Made by a program: the position numbers and the translations under genes. The notes under the pieces are model-generated. The model searched no databases. It was not told the origin of the DNA and saw nothing but the letters and a program-made list of their open reading frames with translations. This document shows positions 1 through 9,645 of a stretch of DNA of 64,000 nucleotides, piece by piece. Where the stretch lies: positions 2,853 through 66,852 of the forward strand of contig DAYD01000016.1 of NCBI GenBank assembly GCA_002506755.1. The letters are read 5' to 3'. Positions within the stretch are counted from its first letter, which is position 1. The number at the start of each line of letters is the position of its first letter. Origin of the DNA: Euryarchaeota archaeon UBA462. Its GTDB lineage: Archaea > Thermoplasmatota > Poseidoniia > Poseidoniales > Thalassarchaeaceae.

Positions 1-1
1 G

Positions 2-682
2 TGCAATCTCCGTCGAGTATGCCAGGTAGCTAATCCTCGCCTCTAAGACCTCGATACCGGCTCGAGCTAGGCGAGACTCTACGGAAGTCTGCAGCTCCTC
101 GGCTACGATGTCCTGGTGGCTAGAGAGAGTGGTCCCACCTATGTCCTTCTCCTCTATTGCATCATACGGATACTTCGTGGCCATCGCACGGAGAGCAGCC
201 TCACTCTGGATTTGCACATAATGATCGTAGTTCTCGACCTCGAAAAGCGCCTCGGCGGCATCATAAACCCTCCAGACTACTACCGCAGCGATATCGATTG
301 GGTTCGCGTTGACGTCATTGACCTTCAATTTGTTAGACTCGAAGTTGTTGATCCTCATTGAAACCCTGGTCTTGTTGTAGAGGGGATTTGGGAAGAACCG
401 AAACCCCTCATCCTTGAGTGTGGCTACATATTTGCCAAAGAATTGTACTGCGACCGCCTCATTAGGATTTACGATCACGTAGCTGTTCCACATCAGGAAC
501 CAAAGGGGCCCGGTAATTATCAACAAGATCCCCGCTGGGCCGCTTGCTGCCAATATAATATTGAGGATAGGGAGCAGAATTAAGTGTAATCCAATGCCTA
601 GGAATCCATTGATTGATTTTGCCTCAATATCTCGATACAAAGGTTCATCCTTGTTTCTTGATCCAACTTGGTTTTCTCGCAT
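2..682 (-). CDS. SPFH/band-7 domain membrane protein (3' end runs off the window start)
   Basis: Not in the ORF track. Manual translation from ATG at 682: MRENQVGSRNKDEPLY, two hydrophobic helices, then VIVNPNEAVAVQFFGKY...NNFESNKLKVNDVNANPIDIAAVVVWRV...YVQIQSEAALRAMATKYPYD...GIEVLEARISYLAYSTEIA, typical of SPFH proteins. Open to the window edge. Confidence 0.85.
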   Translation of the reverse strand, partial: MRENQVGSRNKDEPLYRDIEAKSINGFLGIGLHLILLPILNIILAASGPAGILLIITGPLWFLMWNSYVIVNPNEAVAVQFFGKYVATLKDEGFRFFPNPLYNKTRVSMRINNFESNKLKVNDVNANPIDIAAVVVWRVYDAAEALFEVENYDHYVQIQSEAALRAMATKYPYDAIEEKDIGGTTLSSHQDIVAEELQTSVESRLARAGIEVLEARISYLAYSTEIA

Positions 683-785
683 AATTCCGTTAGAAGGTAT
701 TTTAGATTTAAGTTAGTCAGTATCATAAAGAACATAGATTGGAATCCAAGATATTCCGGAATAAGGGTTTATCAGTAAAAATAAT

Positions 786-1757
786 GTGTACACATTAATG
801 GATTATAGAATCCTCATTGTACTCCTTTTCACCTCATCATCGATTAGTGGTTGCATTGGGGCGATAGAGGAACGTGCCGAAGACACAGCGGTGCTGCCGA
901 TATCGGAAGACCCATGCATGATTCCCTCTATCCCTTCAACTCAGTCCCTATCTTCTATCGAGGTCGATGGTGTGGAACGGAATTTCAGGCTTTCTGTCCC
1001 CAGCTCCGATCCAGGAACTAGATTGCCTCTTGTCATCGCATTCCACGGAGGGACCGATTCGCAAGAGGATTTCGCGCAACAGGAGCAGTTCGACCAATTG
1101 GGTGAACAGGAGAAATTCATCATGGCATACGCCATTGCTGAGCAAGATAGGACCGCAGCAGAGGGCGAATGGTTCCTAAACACTGCAGCAACCTCGCTGG
1201 AAGACAATAATTTTGCAGAGAGTATTGTAGATGAGTTATCGAAATCCTACTGTGTAAATCAAAATAAACTGTACGCCATTGGGTATTCTCTTGGTGCAAT
1301 GTTCACCTACGAGATAGCCTGCCAACTAAATCACAGATTTGCAGCCACAGCGTCATTTGCGGGTACGATGCCAGTGAGTCCAGAGTCTTGTGATCTGACA
1401 AGCGGGATCTCTATAATGCACATTCATGGTAAGCTAGACTACATCATCTACTACCACCAAGACTGGGACTGGAAGGATGGGGAGCACGAGGGAGTGGGTA
1501 CTATGAGTGAGGTCCCAAACCTAATCGATTACTGGGCTGCTAAGTCCTCTTGCCAAGCGATTGCAGTCGAAACAAGCCTCACAGAGGAACATATTACCCA
1601 CAATGATTGCGTGGATGGTGTTGTTATCGAGCACTACGGTCTTCAGATCTGGGATCATAACTGGCCGGCTGAAGTCGATGGTGAGCCGACTTATGAGCTC
1701 ATGTGGAACTTTCTGAGTGAATTTTCAAAGGAATCCTCCGCAGTAGTGCAAGTGTAG
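786..1757 (+). CDS. Secreted/lipoprotein alpha/beta hydrolase, PHB depolymerase/LpqC-like esterase
   Basis: Lipobox-like ISGC after a hydrophobic stretch; PLVIAFHG; GYSLG nucleophile elbow; HIHGKLD acid; DHNWP His. Confidence 0.75.
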   Translation: MYTLMDYRILIVLLFTSSSISGCIGAIEERAEDTAVLPISEDPCMIPSIPSTQSLSSIEVDGVERNFRLSVPSSDPGTRLPLVIAFHGGTDSQEDFAQQEQFDQLGEQEKFIMAYAIAEQDRTAAEGEWFLNTAATSLEDNNFAESIVDELSKSYCVNQNKLYAIGYSLGAMFTYEIACQLNHRFAATASFAGTMPVSPESCDLTSGISIMHIHGKLDYIIYYHQDWDWKDGEHEGVGTMSEVPNLIDYWAAKSSCQAIAVETSLTEEHITHNDCVDGVVIEHYGLQIWDHNWPAEVDGEPTYELMWNFLSEFSKESSAVVQV

Positions 1758-1877
1758 CTCTTGATAGGGCATATTCTCCTAGTTGGTGCTCTCTAGCACA
1801 GATTGAATGCTAAGTCTTATTCACTGGATGGAATGATACCGGTAGAATTCTAATATTAGCACATCATCAAATGGTCT

Positions 1878-3062
1878 ATGCAAATCAGCGAGATACTTTC
1901 GCAATCTAAAGACATTCATGAATGGATAGTAGAAAAAAGGAGGGATATCCATCGGCATCCTGAATTGATGTACGAGGAGTTCGAAACAAGCAGGCTCGTT
2001 CAAAACACTTTGAAAGAGCTAGATATCCCGTATGAGAAAGAAATAGCGATAACAGGTGTTGTTGGGCTCATTGGAAATGGCACCGGCCCATGTATCGCAT
2101 TGAGGGCAGATATGGACGCTTTACCGATCCATGAAGAAGCAGATGTAGATTTTAGAAGTGAAATTGATGGTAAAATGCATGCCTGCGGTCATGATTGCCA
2201 CACTGCAATGCTTCTGGGAGCAGCGAAGGTCCTGAAACACAATGAACAGTCAATAGATGGCTCAATCAAACTAATCTTTCAACCTGCAGAAGAAGGGGGC
2301 GCGGGAGGGAAAATGATGAGAGAACAGGGGGTTTTGGAAGATCCCGAGGTGAGTCAAATTTTCGGGTTGCACGTCACCGACAAATTACCCGTGGGATCCC
2401 TAGCATCCACGGAAGGCACGCTATTAGCAGCGACATCATCAATCAAGATTCTAGTCAAGGGAGATGGAGGCCACGCGGCCATGCCTCATCTTACTATAGA
2501 TCCGGTGGTTACTGGGTCGAAGATAGTGGTCGAACTTCAAACCCTCATCTCCCGTGAAATAGATCCCTTGGAATCTGGTGTAATCAGTATCACCATGGCA
2601 AAGGCAGGTACTGCAACGAACGTGATCCCTTCTACAATGGAATTACAAGGAACAATAAGATCACTGACCAGCGAGGGCATTACTCAATTACAGAATCGAG
2701 TCAAAGAGGTAGCAGAATCAATATCTTTGGCGAATCGATGCGAGGCTGAGGTGACCTTTCCGGGGAATGATTTCCCCCCTACTGTAAATGATGCAGAATG
2801 TTGGCAGTTGAGCAAATCTGCAGCAGAAGAAATCCTCGGACACGGGATGGTTGCGGAAATGGGGCCAATAATGGGGGGTGAAGATTTTTCCTACTACACC
2901 CAAGTGATACCCGGGTGCTTTTCATTTATTGGCGTCGCCAATCCAGAGGCAGAGTCATATGGGGTGCATCACCCCAAGTTCAAGGTTGATGAAGATGCTT
3001 TATCTTTGGGAACCGCCATACATGTCAATACTGCCCTCAGTGCATTGAAGCGGGCGACATAG
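1878..3062 (+). CDS. M20D family amidohydrolase
   Basis: RRDIHRHPEL, LRADMDALPI, MHACGHD, FQPAEEG, MGGEDFS, HHPKF motifs. Confidence 0.92.
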   Translation: MQISEILSQSKDIHEWIVEKRRDIHRHPELMYEEFETSRLVQNTLKELDIPYEKEIAITGVVGLIGNGTGPCIALRADMDALPIHEEADVDFRSEIDGKMHACGHDCHTAMLLGAAKVLKHNEQSIDGSIKLIFQPAEEGGAGGKMMREQGVLEDPEVSQIFGLHVTDKLPVGSLASTEGTLLAATSSIKILVKGDGGHAAMPHLTIDPVVTGSKIVVELQTLISREIDPLESGVISITMAKAGTATNVIPSTMELQGTIRSLTSEGITQLQNRVKEVAESISLANRCEAEVTFPGNDFPPTVNDAECWQLSKSAAEEILGHGMVAEMGPIMGGEDFSYYTQVIPGCFSFIGVANPEAESYGVHHPKFKVDEDALSLGTAIHVNTALSALKRAT

Positions 3063-3245
3063 TCTTTCGGTGTTTGTGCAAATACACTTTACTCTAATTG
3101 ATGCATCTATCAGTAATGTGTTAGGGGTAATCCGATCATCAATACTCCTGCCATCTCTCCTTCTTTGGTATGATATCAAAGTCCAATCGCCTATGTGTGG
3201 TGAATCCTCGATCTACGAATACGCGTATACTACTTGCTAGAAATC

Positions 3246-3413
3246 CTATTTATCTCGACTTGGTGTTTGATAGATTGTAGCAAGATTTGACATCATCCAA
3301 GAAGACGCTGCGAGTAGTTGCAACCAATCTCCAATGTTGCTTATCCCATAGGCGAATACGCTGAGGATCCAACATAAGCTGGCAAGTGTCTGACCAAGCC
3401 AACTAGGACTCAT
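3246..3413 (-). CDS. Small hypothetical membrane protein
   Basis: Two hydrophobic segments (WLGQTLASLCWILSVFAYG; WLQLLAASSWMMSN), directly downstream of the oxidoreductase. Start uncertain; the ORF extends to 3518. Confidence 0.45.
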   Translation of the reverse strand: MSPSWLGQTLASLCWILSVFAYGISNIGDWLQLLAASSWMMSNLATIYQTPSRDK

Positions 3414-3487
3414 GATTTTCTCAATTCGGGCCCCTCTTGGAATCCTTTCGGGCGTTTTGTTCTGTGAGCTCGAGTTGCTGTTTTGAC

Positions 3488-4654
3488 TCAACAAGAAACA
3501 CACTCCTGGCCGCAGCATGAAAGATCATCTAGATACATGCCCCATTGTCTGTAAGCTTCGACAAACTCATCAGTAGAGATATCCAGAGATGATGCTATGC
3601 TTTGTGCAACAACCGCAAAGCGTTGCCTGAACTTGAAAATAAAACAGAAATCATGATTGTCATGCCGGACAGACGGCCCGCACAGATACATTCCTGGCAC
3701 CTTAGTAGACTCATCGTACTCATTCAATAGAGGAAAACCGTCATCTCTCTCCTCAAAGAAGTGTGAGACTAAGGTGTGACTTCCAATAAAACCGCTTGCC
3801 AAAAGGGGCTGCGTTTTAGATTTGAACAATTGGCCATCCTCCGTCTTCAACTCATATGTGTCAGCAATCAGATCCAACGAGACAACTGGTTTTTCTGGAA
3901 ACAGCTCAACATTCTCCTCGAAGCTCAACTCCCTCATTCTTTCATATGTGAAGGTGGACAATGAAGTACTAGGGTCTGAGCTGTCAAGTCCCCAAGGGTC
4001 TTCCTTGTCAAAGATAGTCACCTTTTTGCCACGCTTTGCTAAATGGTAGGCAGCATCAACTCCGCTCTCGTACCCCCCAACAATCAGGAAGTCGTCACCT
4101 TCCAAATCGGCATAATTAGCTAAGCTCGCAGTGTGGCGACATAATTCGCTCCCAGCAAACCCGCCCAATTGAGGATAAAGAAACTCGCCAGCCGCCCAAA
4201 TTATGTGTTTTGAAGAGATTGTCCAGTCTTCGGTTTCAACAGAAAATATGCCCTCTTCATGGACAATTTGCTTAACCTCGGAGTTTTCTTCTACCCTTAA
4301 TTCGAAGAAATCAACGAGATCCTTCAGGTGTTCGGCATATTCTCTCCCAGTAGGGTGCTCGACCCTCATGTTGTAAGCGGGGGAGACGCCGACTGCGATA
4401 GAGTTTAGATCGAGCATGCCTATTGAATTACTTGGGAAGGATGGTGTGATGAAGCGTGTCTCCTCAGTCCATGAAGAGAAGGAAGCGCCCACTGTCTCCC
4501 TCTCGATAATTATGAAATTACCTACCCCTGCGTGAGCAAGAGCAATTCCTACTCCCACTCCTGCTGCACCAGCACCGACTACAATGACATCAAACAATTT
4601 CGATTTTCCTTCTGCCGATTCCGAAATCTGCTCTGCGTCCGCTGAAGCAACCAT
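3488..4654 (-). CDS. FAD/NAD(P)-dependent oxidoreductase (Pyr_redox_3/CzcO-like) with Cys-rich C-terminal tail
   Basis: VVGAGAAG FAD motif, IVGGYESGVD NAD(P) motif, FCFIFKFRQRF, C-terminal DDLSCCGQECVSC. Confidence 0.85.
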   Translation of the reverse strand: MVASADAEQISESAEGKSKLFDVIVVGAGAAGVGVGIALAHAGVGNFIIIERETVGASFSSWTEETRFITPSFPSNSIGMLDLNSIAVGVSPAYNMRVEHPTGREYAEHLKDLVDFFELRVEENSEVKQIVHEEGIFSVETEDWTISSKHIIWAAGEFLYPQLGGFAGSELCRHTASLANYADLEGDDFLIVGGYESGVDAAYHLAKRGKKVTIFDKEDPWGLDSSDPSTSLSTFTYERMRELSFEENVELFPEKPVVSLDLIADTYELKTEDGQLFKSKTQPLLASGFIGSHTLVSHFFEERDDGFPLLNEYDESTKVPGMYLCGPSVRHDNHDFCFIFKFRQRFAVVAQSIASSLDISTDEFVEAYRQWGMYLDDLSCCGQECVSC

Positions 4655-4659
4655 ACTTC

Positions 4660-4854
4660 TGCGAAAATTAATAGTACTTTAAACAAAACTAATAATATAC
4701 TGTATCAAGATTATTACAATGCAAATTAATATCCGTGCTATATATGCCAATTTTCTCTGCATCCCTACTGACTCAGAAGTGCAAATTAAGGCCCCTGTGT
4801 GTCGAGTTAGCTAGATAATTATCACATTCTATTCAATTAATCATCTGCAAATTA
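4660..4854. promoter_or_regulatory. AT-rich divergent intergenic region with repeated TGCAAATTA motif
   Basis: Exact TGCAAATTA at 4720, 4780 and 4846; degenerate TGCGAAAATTA at 4660. Function inferred only. Confidence 0.4.
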
Positions 4855-4882
4855 GTGGTCCGATGTCATCCGTCAAACTTGA

Positions 4883-5800
4883 TTGCGGCCACCCTCTCCC
4901 ACACCTGTGGGTAATCCGATTATTGAAGCACAGGAAAGCGGGTATCTGATCGATATCCTTTCGATACTTCACCCTAGAGCCAAGAAAAACTCCCTACGCC
5001 GCATGATCGATCATGGACGCGTTCTTGTTAACGGAAAAAAGGCTACTCGGGCAAAAGAGACTGTTTCCACCGGTACTCTTGTGGAGACTCTTTCTAGAAA
5101 AGAAATTGAACGACCCGGGCGCAGTGGTGAAAAGACCCCCAACCCAGTGATTCTGTACGAGGATGACGAATTGATTGTTGTCGACAAGCCCCCGGGTCTG
5201 CTTTCCGTAGCCACACCAATGGGAGAATCAGACACAATGTTCGATCAAGTTTTGAATTTTGTGTCAAAAAATCAATCCAAGCGAACTCATCTTGTTCATC
5301 GTCTAGACAGGGAAACATCCGGGTGCATGATACTAGCAAAGTCTCCTCAAGTCAGAGATTTCCTTCAAAGCCAATTCAAAGACCGGTCCGTAGAGAGAAT
5401 ATACCATGCGGTGGTTTTCGGGAAGCCTGCTGTTGAGTCAGGCGTTGTAACCTCTCGCATACAGGAGTCCAGAGACAAGAGGGTTAGATTAGTGCCGAAG
5501 GGCGAAACAGGTGGGAAGGAAGCGATAACCAACTGGCGATTGGAAAAGTCTGCACCAATTCATAGCCTAATAAGAATAAAGATCGACACAGGGAGGAGGG
5601 CCCAGATACGACTCCACATGGGTGAAATCGGGTGTCCAGTGGTTGGAGACACTAGATATGGTCGCGGTAAGGCAAGCGTTAACAGGCTGTGCTTGCATGC
5701 TTCCGAAATTCAGTTTGAACACCCGAATGGACAAAGAATTAGAGTCAAGAGTAGTTTGCCAGACAAGCTATACTCAGAGTTGAAGCGCAAATCATTATGA
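4883..5800 (+). CDS. RluA-family pseudouridine synthase with N-terminal S4-like domain
   Basis: ILYEDDELIVVDKPPGL, catalytic HRLDRETSG, TGRRAQIRLH, GDTRYG, LCLHA; S4-like GRVLVNGK. Confidence 0.92.
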   Translation: MRPPSPTPVGNPIIEAQESGYLIDILSILHPRAKKNSLRRMIDHGRVLVNGKKATRAKETVSTGTLVETLSRKEIERPGRSGEKTPNPVILYEDDELIVVDKPPGLLSVATPMGESDTMFDQVLNFVSKNQSKRTHLVHRLDRETSGCMILAKSPQVRDFLQSQFKDRSVERIYHAVVFGKPAVESGVVTSRIQESRDKRVRLVPKGETGGKEAITNWRLEKSAPIHSLIRIKIDTGRRAQIRLHMGEIGCPVVGDTRYGRGKASVNRLCLHASEIQFEHPNGQRIRVKSSLPDKLYSELKRKSL

Positions 5801-5822
5801 TTATGTTATCTATAGGATTGTT

Positions 5823-6512
5823 ATGGTCAGCTTGGATGATGCCGTGCTGGCTAGGCTAGAAAAAGGTGGAAAAAGGTACGAGATCCTGGTAGATCCCGAT
5901 CTTGTTGAAAAATGGAAGGAAAATCAAGATTCGGTATCTTTTCCAGAATTACTGGCCACTGAAGAGGTTTGGTCCGACGCGAAATCCGGTGAGAGGCCTA
6001 CCAGCGAGTCTCTGGAGAACATTTTCGGAACCACCGATGTAATGGAGTGTGCTAGGAAAATCCTCAGAGAAGGAAGCATACAGTTGACCACTGCTCAAAG
6101 GAAGAAGATGGTGGGGGAAAAGAAGCTCCAGATAGTCAATGAGATAGCCACAACGGCCACAGACCCCAAAACAAAACTACCTCACCCTAGAACAAGGATT
6201 GAGAACGCATTGGAAGAAATACGTTTTTCTGTGGATCCGTTCAAGTCGGTAGAGAGCCAAGTGGAAGACGCCGTCTCATCATTGAGACCTGTTATACCGC
6301 TACAGTTCATTACCATCAGATTGGCTTTCAAGGTAGAAGGTAAGGACTTCGGGGGAGTGAGCAACCTACTCAGGCACTCAATTCAGAAAGAGGAATGGAC
6401 CCCGGATGGCTCTTGGGTGTGTGTTGTTTCGGTTCCCGGGGGGATGAAGAACGACATCATCGGAAAGGTAGCTTCAAGATCCCCGAACGTGGAAGTTAAG
6501 GAATTGGACTGA
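5823..6512 (+). CDS. Ribosome assembly factor SBDS (Sdo1)
   Basis: AVLARLEKGGKRYEILVDPD, GSIQLTTAQRK, DPKTKLPHP; first gene of the canonical exosome cluster. Confidence 0.95.
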   Translation: MVSLDDAVLARLEKGGKRYEILVDPDLVEKWKENQDSVSFPELLATEEVWSDAKSGERPTSESLENIFGTTDVMECARKILREGSIQLTTAQRKKMVGEKKLQIVNEIATTATDPKTKLPHPRTRIENALEEIRFSVDPFKSVESQVEDAVSSLRPVIPLQFITIRLAFKVEGKDFGGVSNLLRHSIQKEEWTPDGSWVCVVSVPGGMKNDIIGKVASRSPNVEVKELD

Positions 6513-6541
6513 TCATTAGCCAATATACTACGTCAACGGTT

Positions 6542-7240
6542 ATGAATGGTGGGCCGGTCGCGCGGCCCGATAGTATGACAAAAGGTAAGAGAGCGACAGG
6601 GTCGCGAAATCATGGGCGAGCAAGTTTGCTTGTCATTCCTGGGGAGGACCTAGGAGATTCAGAAGGAAAAGAACCCGGACATGGAGTCATATCCACGGGT
6701 GGTAGATTGAAAGCGGTTAAGAGAGGAATGCTAAGAGATGGCGGCGGAGCAATATCAGTAGAGCCAACACACACTACTTACTTCCCAAGGCCGGGAGACT
6801 TAGTTATAGGATACATCGAGGGCTGTACGAACAACCTGTGGTTTGTAGAGCTAGGGGCACCTTTCAACGCCATCCTGCCAATGAGCTTAGGTCCTGGAAA
6901 GATCGATTTTGGAGGTACTAGGTCTGTCATGGACATAGGAGATGCAATAATCTGCAGGATCCAGGAAGTAGAGGAAACACATTCAAGCGTCGTGACCATG
7001 AAAGGAATGGGTCTTCGCAAGATTAGGTCTGGAGTTGTTGAGGAGGTAGACCCTCACTTGCTCGGAAGGCTAATTGGAAAGGGCGGGGAATCACTGAGAA
7101 GGATGAAAGAGGATACAGCATGCCGAATAGTAGTGGCAGACAACGGCAGGATGTGGATTGACGGAGAGCTAGATGGAATCCTGGAAGTAAGGAGAAAGCT
7201 CAACGAATTATCATCAATAGCTAAGGGAGGTGGAAACTGA
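6542..7240 (+). CDS. rrp4: Exosome RNA-binding subunit Rrp4
   Basis: VIPGEDL, YFPRPGDLVIG (S1), KH motif LIGKGG, ADNGRMW; synteny. Confidence 0.9.
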   Translation: MNGGPVARPDSMTKGKRATGSRNHGRASLLVIPGEDLGDSEGKEPGHGVISTGGRLKAVKRGMLRDGGGAISVEPTHTTYFPRPGDLVIGYIEGCTNNLWFVELGAPFNAILPMSLGPGKIDFGGTRSVMDIGDAIICRIQEVEETHSSVVTMKGMGLRKIRSGVVEEVDPHLLGRLIGKGGESLRRMKEDTACRIVVADNGRMWIDGELDGILEVRRKLNELSSIAKGGGN

Positions 7241-7956
7241 TGGGAGGATACGGAGACGTCCAGATGATCGATGAAAATGGAATCAGAGTTGATGGCAGGG
7301 GTCCCGCAGACATCAGGCCAATCACAATCGAGACAGGCGTGGTGCCTGTTGCAGATGGTTCCTGTAGGATGACATGGGGGACAAATGAGGCAATAGTAGC
7401 CGTTTACGGGCCCATGGAGGCCCACCCCCGGAAGATTCAGAGGCAGGACAGAGCAGTTCTTGACGTAGCTTACAACATGGCGCCGTTCTCAACAACCGAC
7501 AGGATGAGGCCAGGTTTCAACAGAAGGAGCAGGGAAGTAAGCAAAGTCACAAAAGATGCCCTAGAAAGCGTCGTAATGTTAGAGCTCTACCCCAGATCGA
7601 AAATAAGGATCAATATAGAGATAGTTTCTGCCGAGGCCGGGACAAGGTGCGTAGGGCTTACCGCAGCGTCTGTAGCTCTCGCTGATGCCGGTATTCCAAT
7701 GACAGAAATGGTAGTCAGCGTCGCCAGCGGGAAAATAAACGACATAGTCGTATGCGATCTAAACAAAGAGGAGGACAACTACGGCGAAGCAGATCTGCCA
7801 ATGGGGATCCTCCCCAATACCGGCGAGTTGGTTTTCCTCCAAATGGATGGAGATCTTTCACAAGACGAATTCAAGCAAGCTTGGCAATATAATATGGATG
7901 CCTCGAAGGAAATCCACAAAATAATGGTCGACGCACTGAGGGGGAACAGCTCATGA
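7240..7956 (+). CDS. rrp41: Exosome phosphorolytic subunit Rrp41
   Basis: RVDGR, YNMAPFSTTDR, RRSRE, AGTR, DLNKEED RNase PH motifs. Confidence 0.95.
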   Translation: MGGYGDVQMIDENGIRVDGRGPADIRPITIETGVVPVADGSCRMTWGTNEAIVAVYGPMEAHPRKIQRQDRAVLDVAYNMAPFSTTDRMRPGFNRRSREVSKVTKDALESVVMLELYPRSKIRINIEIVSAEAGTRCVGLTAASVALADAGIPMTEMVVSVASGKINDIVVCDLNKEEDNYGEADLPMGILPNTGELVFLQMDGDLSQDEFKQAWQYNMDASKEIHKIMVDALRGNSS

Positions 7957-8732
7957 GTATCCCGATCGTTCCCAACCTGCTGAGAGACCACTTATCCGCT
8001 CTGGCACATAGTGACGAGAGGATAGATGGTAGAGGGCAGTGGGAGGGAAGGCTGCTCGAGGTTGAACACTCAATACTCCCGCGAGCAGAGGGATCGGCCA
8101 GGGTAAGAATGGGCGACACTATCGTTCTAGCAGGTGTAAAATTCCAAATTATGCAACCTTACCCAGATAGGCCAAACCAAGGCGGATTGATGTGCTCGGC
8201 CGAGGTTAGGCCCGTAGCTGGTAGGAACTGGGAGGCTGGACCGCCGAGCCCCGAATCCATTGAACTTGGTAGAGTAGTGGACAGAGGAATCAGGGAGTCC
8301 GGTTGTATCGATGTTGACTCTCTTTGCATAATTCCCGGTGAGAAGGCATGGCAAGTAATTTTGGATTTGTTTGCAGTATCAGACGATGGCAACCTATTCG
8401 ATGCATTTGCTCTGGCAGGAATTGTAGCCCTTCGTAATGCTACTGTTCCTGCTGAAAGGTTTGAGGTCGGGGATGATTACCCTCTTGGAGTTTCAAAATC
8501 CCCAATAATGTGTTCATACCACAAGGTTGGTGGCCGCTTTGTCTACGACGCTGACTCAAGGGAGGAATTGGGTGGTGACGAGAGAATTCACATAACTTTG
8601 GGAGACGATGACAATGTGCACTCTCTTCAGAAGGGTCTAAAGGGGATTTTCACGACGGATGAATTCCAAGAAATAATGGATAATGCCAGGAAAAGGACCA
8701 AAGAAATCAGAGAAGTTATGGATTCATTGTAG
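7953..8732 (+). CDS. rrp42: Exosome subunit Rrp42
   Basis: RIDGR, AEGSARV, PYPDRPNQG, ELGRVVDRGIRES, DDGNLFDA. Confidence 0.95.
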   Translation: MSIPIVPNLLRDHLSALAHSDERIDGRGQWEGRLLEVEHSILPRAEGSARVRMGDTIVLAGVKFQIMQPYPDRPNQGGLMCSAEVRPVAGRNWEAGPPSPESIELGRVVDRGIRESGCIDVDSLCIIPGEKAWQVILDLFAVSDDGNLFDAFALAGIVALRNATVPAERFEVGDDYPLGVSKSPIMCSYHKVGGRFVYDADSREELGGDERIHITLGDDDNVHSLQKGLKGIFTTDEFQEIMDNARKRTKEIREVMDSL

Positions 8733-8740
8733 GTGGAAAT

Positions 8741-9109
8741 ATGGCAAAAAGGACTCAGAAAGCTGGAGCCACAGCCCGGTTTGGGCCAAGGTATGGTGTT
8801 AGTGTTAGGCGCAGAGCAGGTTCTGCGATGGCTAAGAAATCAAGATGGTACACTTGCCCCAAATGTCATTATGTAAAGGTAAGAAGGAAAGCAGCTGGAA
8901 TTTGGGACTGTAAGAAGTGCGACTACACATTCTCCGGAGGCGTTTGGGAACCCTACACCAGGGCAAGCGATGCTAACAGAAGAATTGTTAGAAGGTCAAT
9001 GGAAGGCGCCACTGCCACTGACATGGCAGTAATTGCGCAACAGGCTGCACTAGATTACGAGAAAAAGCTTAGCGAGAGAGACTCAGATGAAGGATCAGAA
9101 GAGGAATAA
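8741..9109 (+). CDS. rpl37ae: Ribosomal protein L37Ae (eL43) with acidic C-terminal extension
   Basis: RFGPRYG, CPKC...GIWDCKKC zinc finger; SD-like AGGTGG upstream. Confidence 0.95.
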   Translation: MAKRTQKAGATARFGPRYGVSVRRRAGSAMAKKSRWYTCPKCHYVKVRRKAAGIWDCKKCDYTFSGGVWEPYTRASDANRRIVRRSMEGATATDMAVIAQQAALDYEKKLSERDSDEGSEEE

Positions 9110-9323
9110 CTCTGTCGGACTTACTCTTTTGCTAGAGCATAGCGAACCTGGTGCACTCTCGTCTGGTCTAATTACGGAGGCAGACTTTTCATATTCCGAT
9201 GATGAGATCTCGATTTCACTGAAATCTGATTCATTCACTGATCTGAGAGCGAGATGGAATTCAGTTATGAGAGGTTTAATTGCCTCGGAGCAATCCATAG
9301 ATGCCACAAGAGGGGGGGATTAG
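9087..9323 (+). CDS. pcc1: KEOPS complex subunit Pcc1-like
   Basis: SDSFTDLRARWNSVMRGL resembles the Pcc1 D..LRA..NS..R motif; expected position before prefoldin beta. Confidence 0.65.
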   Translation: MKDQKRNNSVGLTLLLEHSEPGALSSGLITEADFSYSDDEISISLKSDSFTDLRARWNSVMRGLIASEQSIDATRGGD

Positions 9324-9645
9324 GATTAGCGAAAAGGTCTCTGCAGAGGATATTCAGTCCTTGGCCCGAGAGCTACAGCTGATCCGTAATCAAATCCAAA
9401 CCGTGTCATCGCAGGTGTCTGAATACTCGATTACGATAGAGGCTCTATCTACACAAGACCCTAACAGGCCAGTATTCCGATCATTGGGAAACCTACTCCT
9501 TGAAGTGGAGGATAGAGAAACGCTAGAATCCGAAATCTCCCAAGCGAAGGAAGCATTGGATGAGCACCTGATGAGGCTTATAGAGAGGGAGGAAAGCCTC
9601 AGGGAACAGTACGAGACAAAGGCTAGCCAGTTTGAAAGGGGGTAA
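9301..9645 (+). CDS. pfdB: Prefoldin beta subunit
   Basis: Coiled coil - VFRSLGNLLLEV beta hairpin - coiled coil; synteny with the exosome operon. Confidence 0.88.
   Translation: MPQEGGIRISEKVSAEDIQSLARELQLIRNQIQTVSSQVSEYSITIEALSTQDPNRPVFRSLGNLLLEVEDRETLESEISQAKEALDEHLMRLIEREESLREQYETKASQFERG

Noticed and set aside
4660-4854. Possible degenerate mini-CRISPR array (60-66 bp period)
   Set aside because: Only 9-10 nt are shared between units, there is no palindromic repeat, and no cas genes are in the window.
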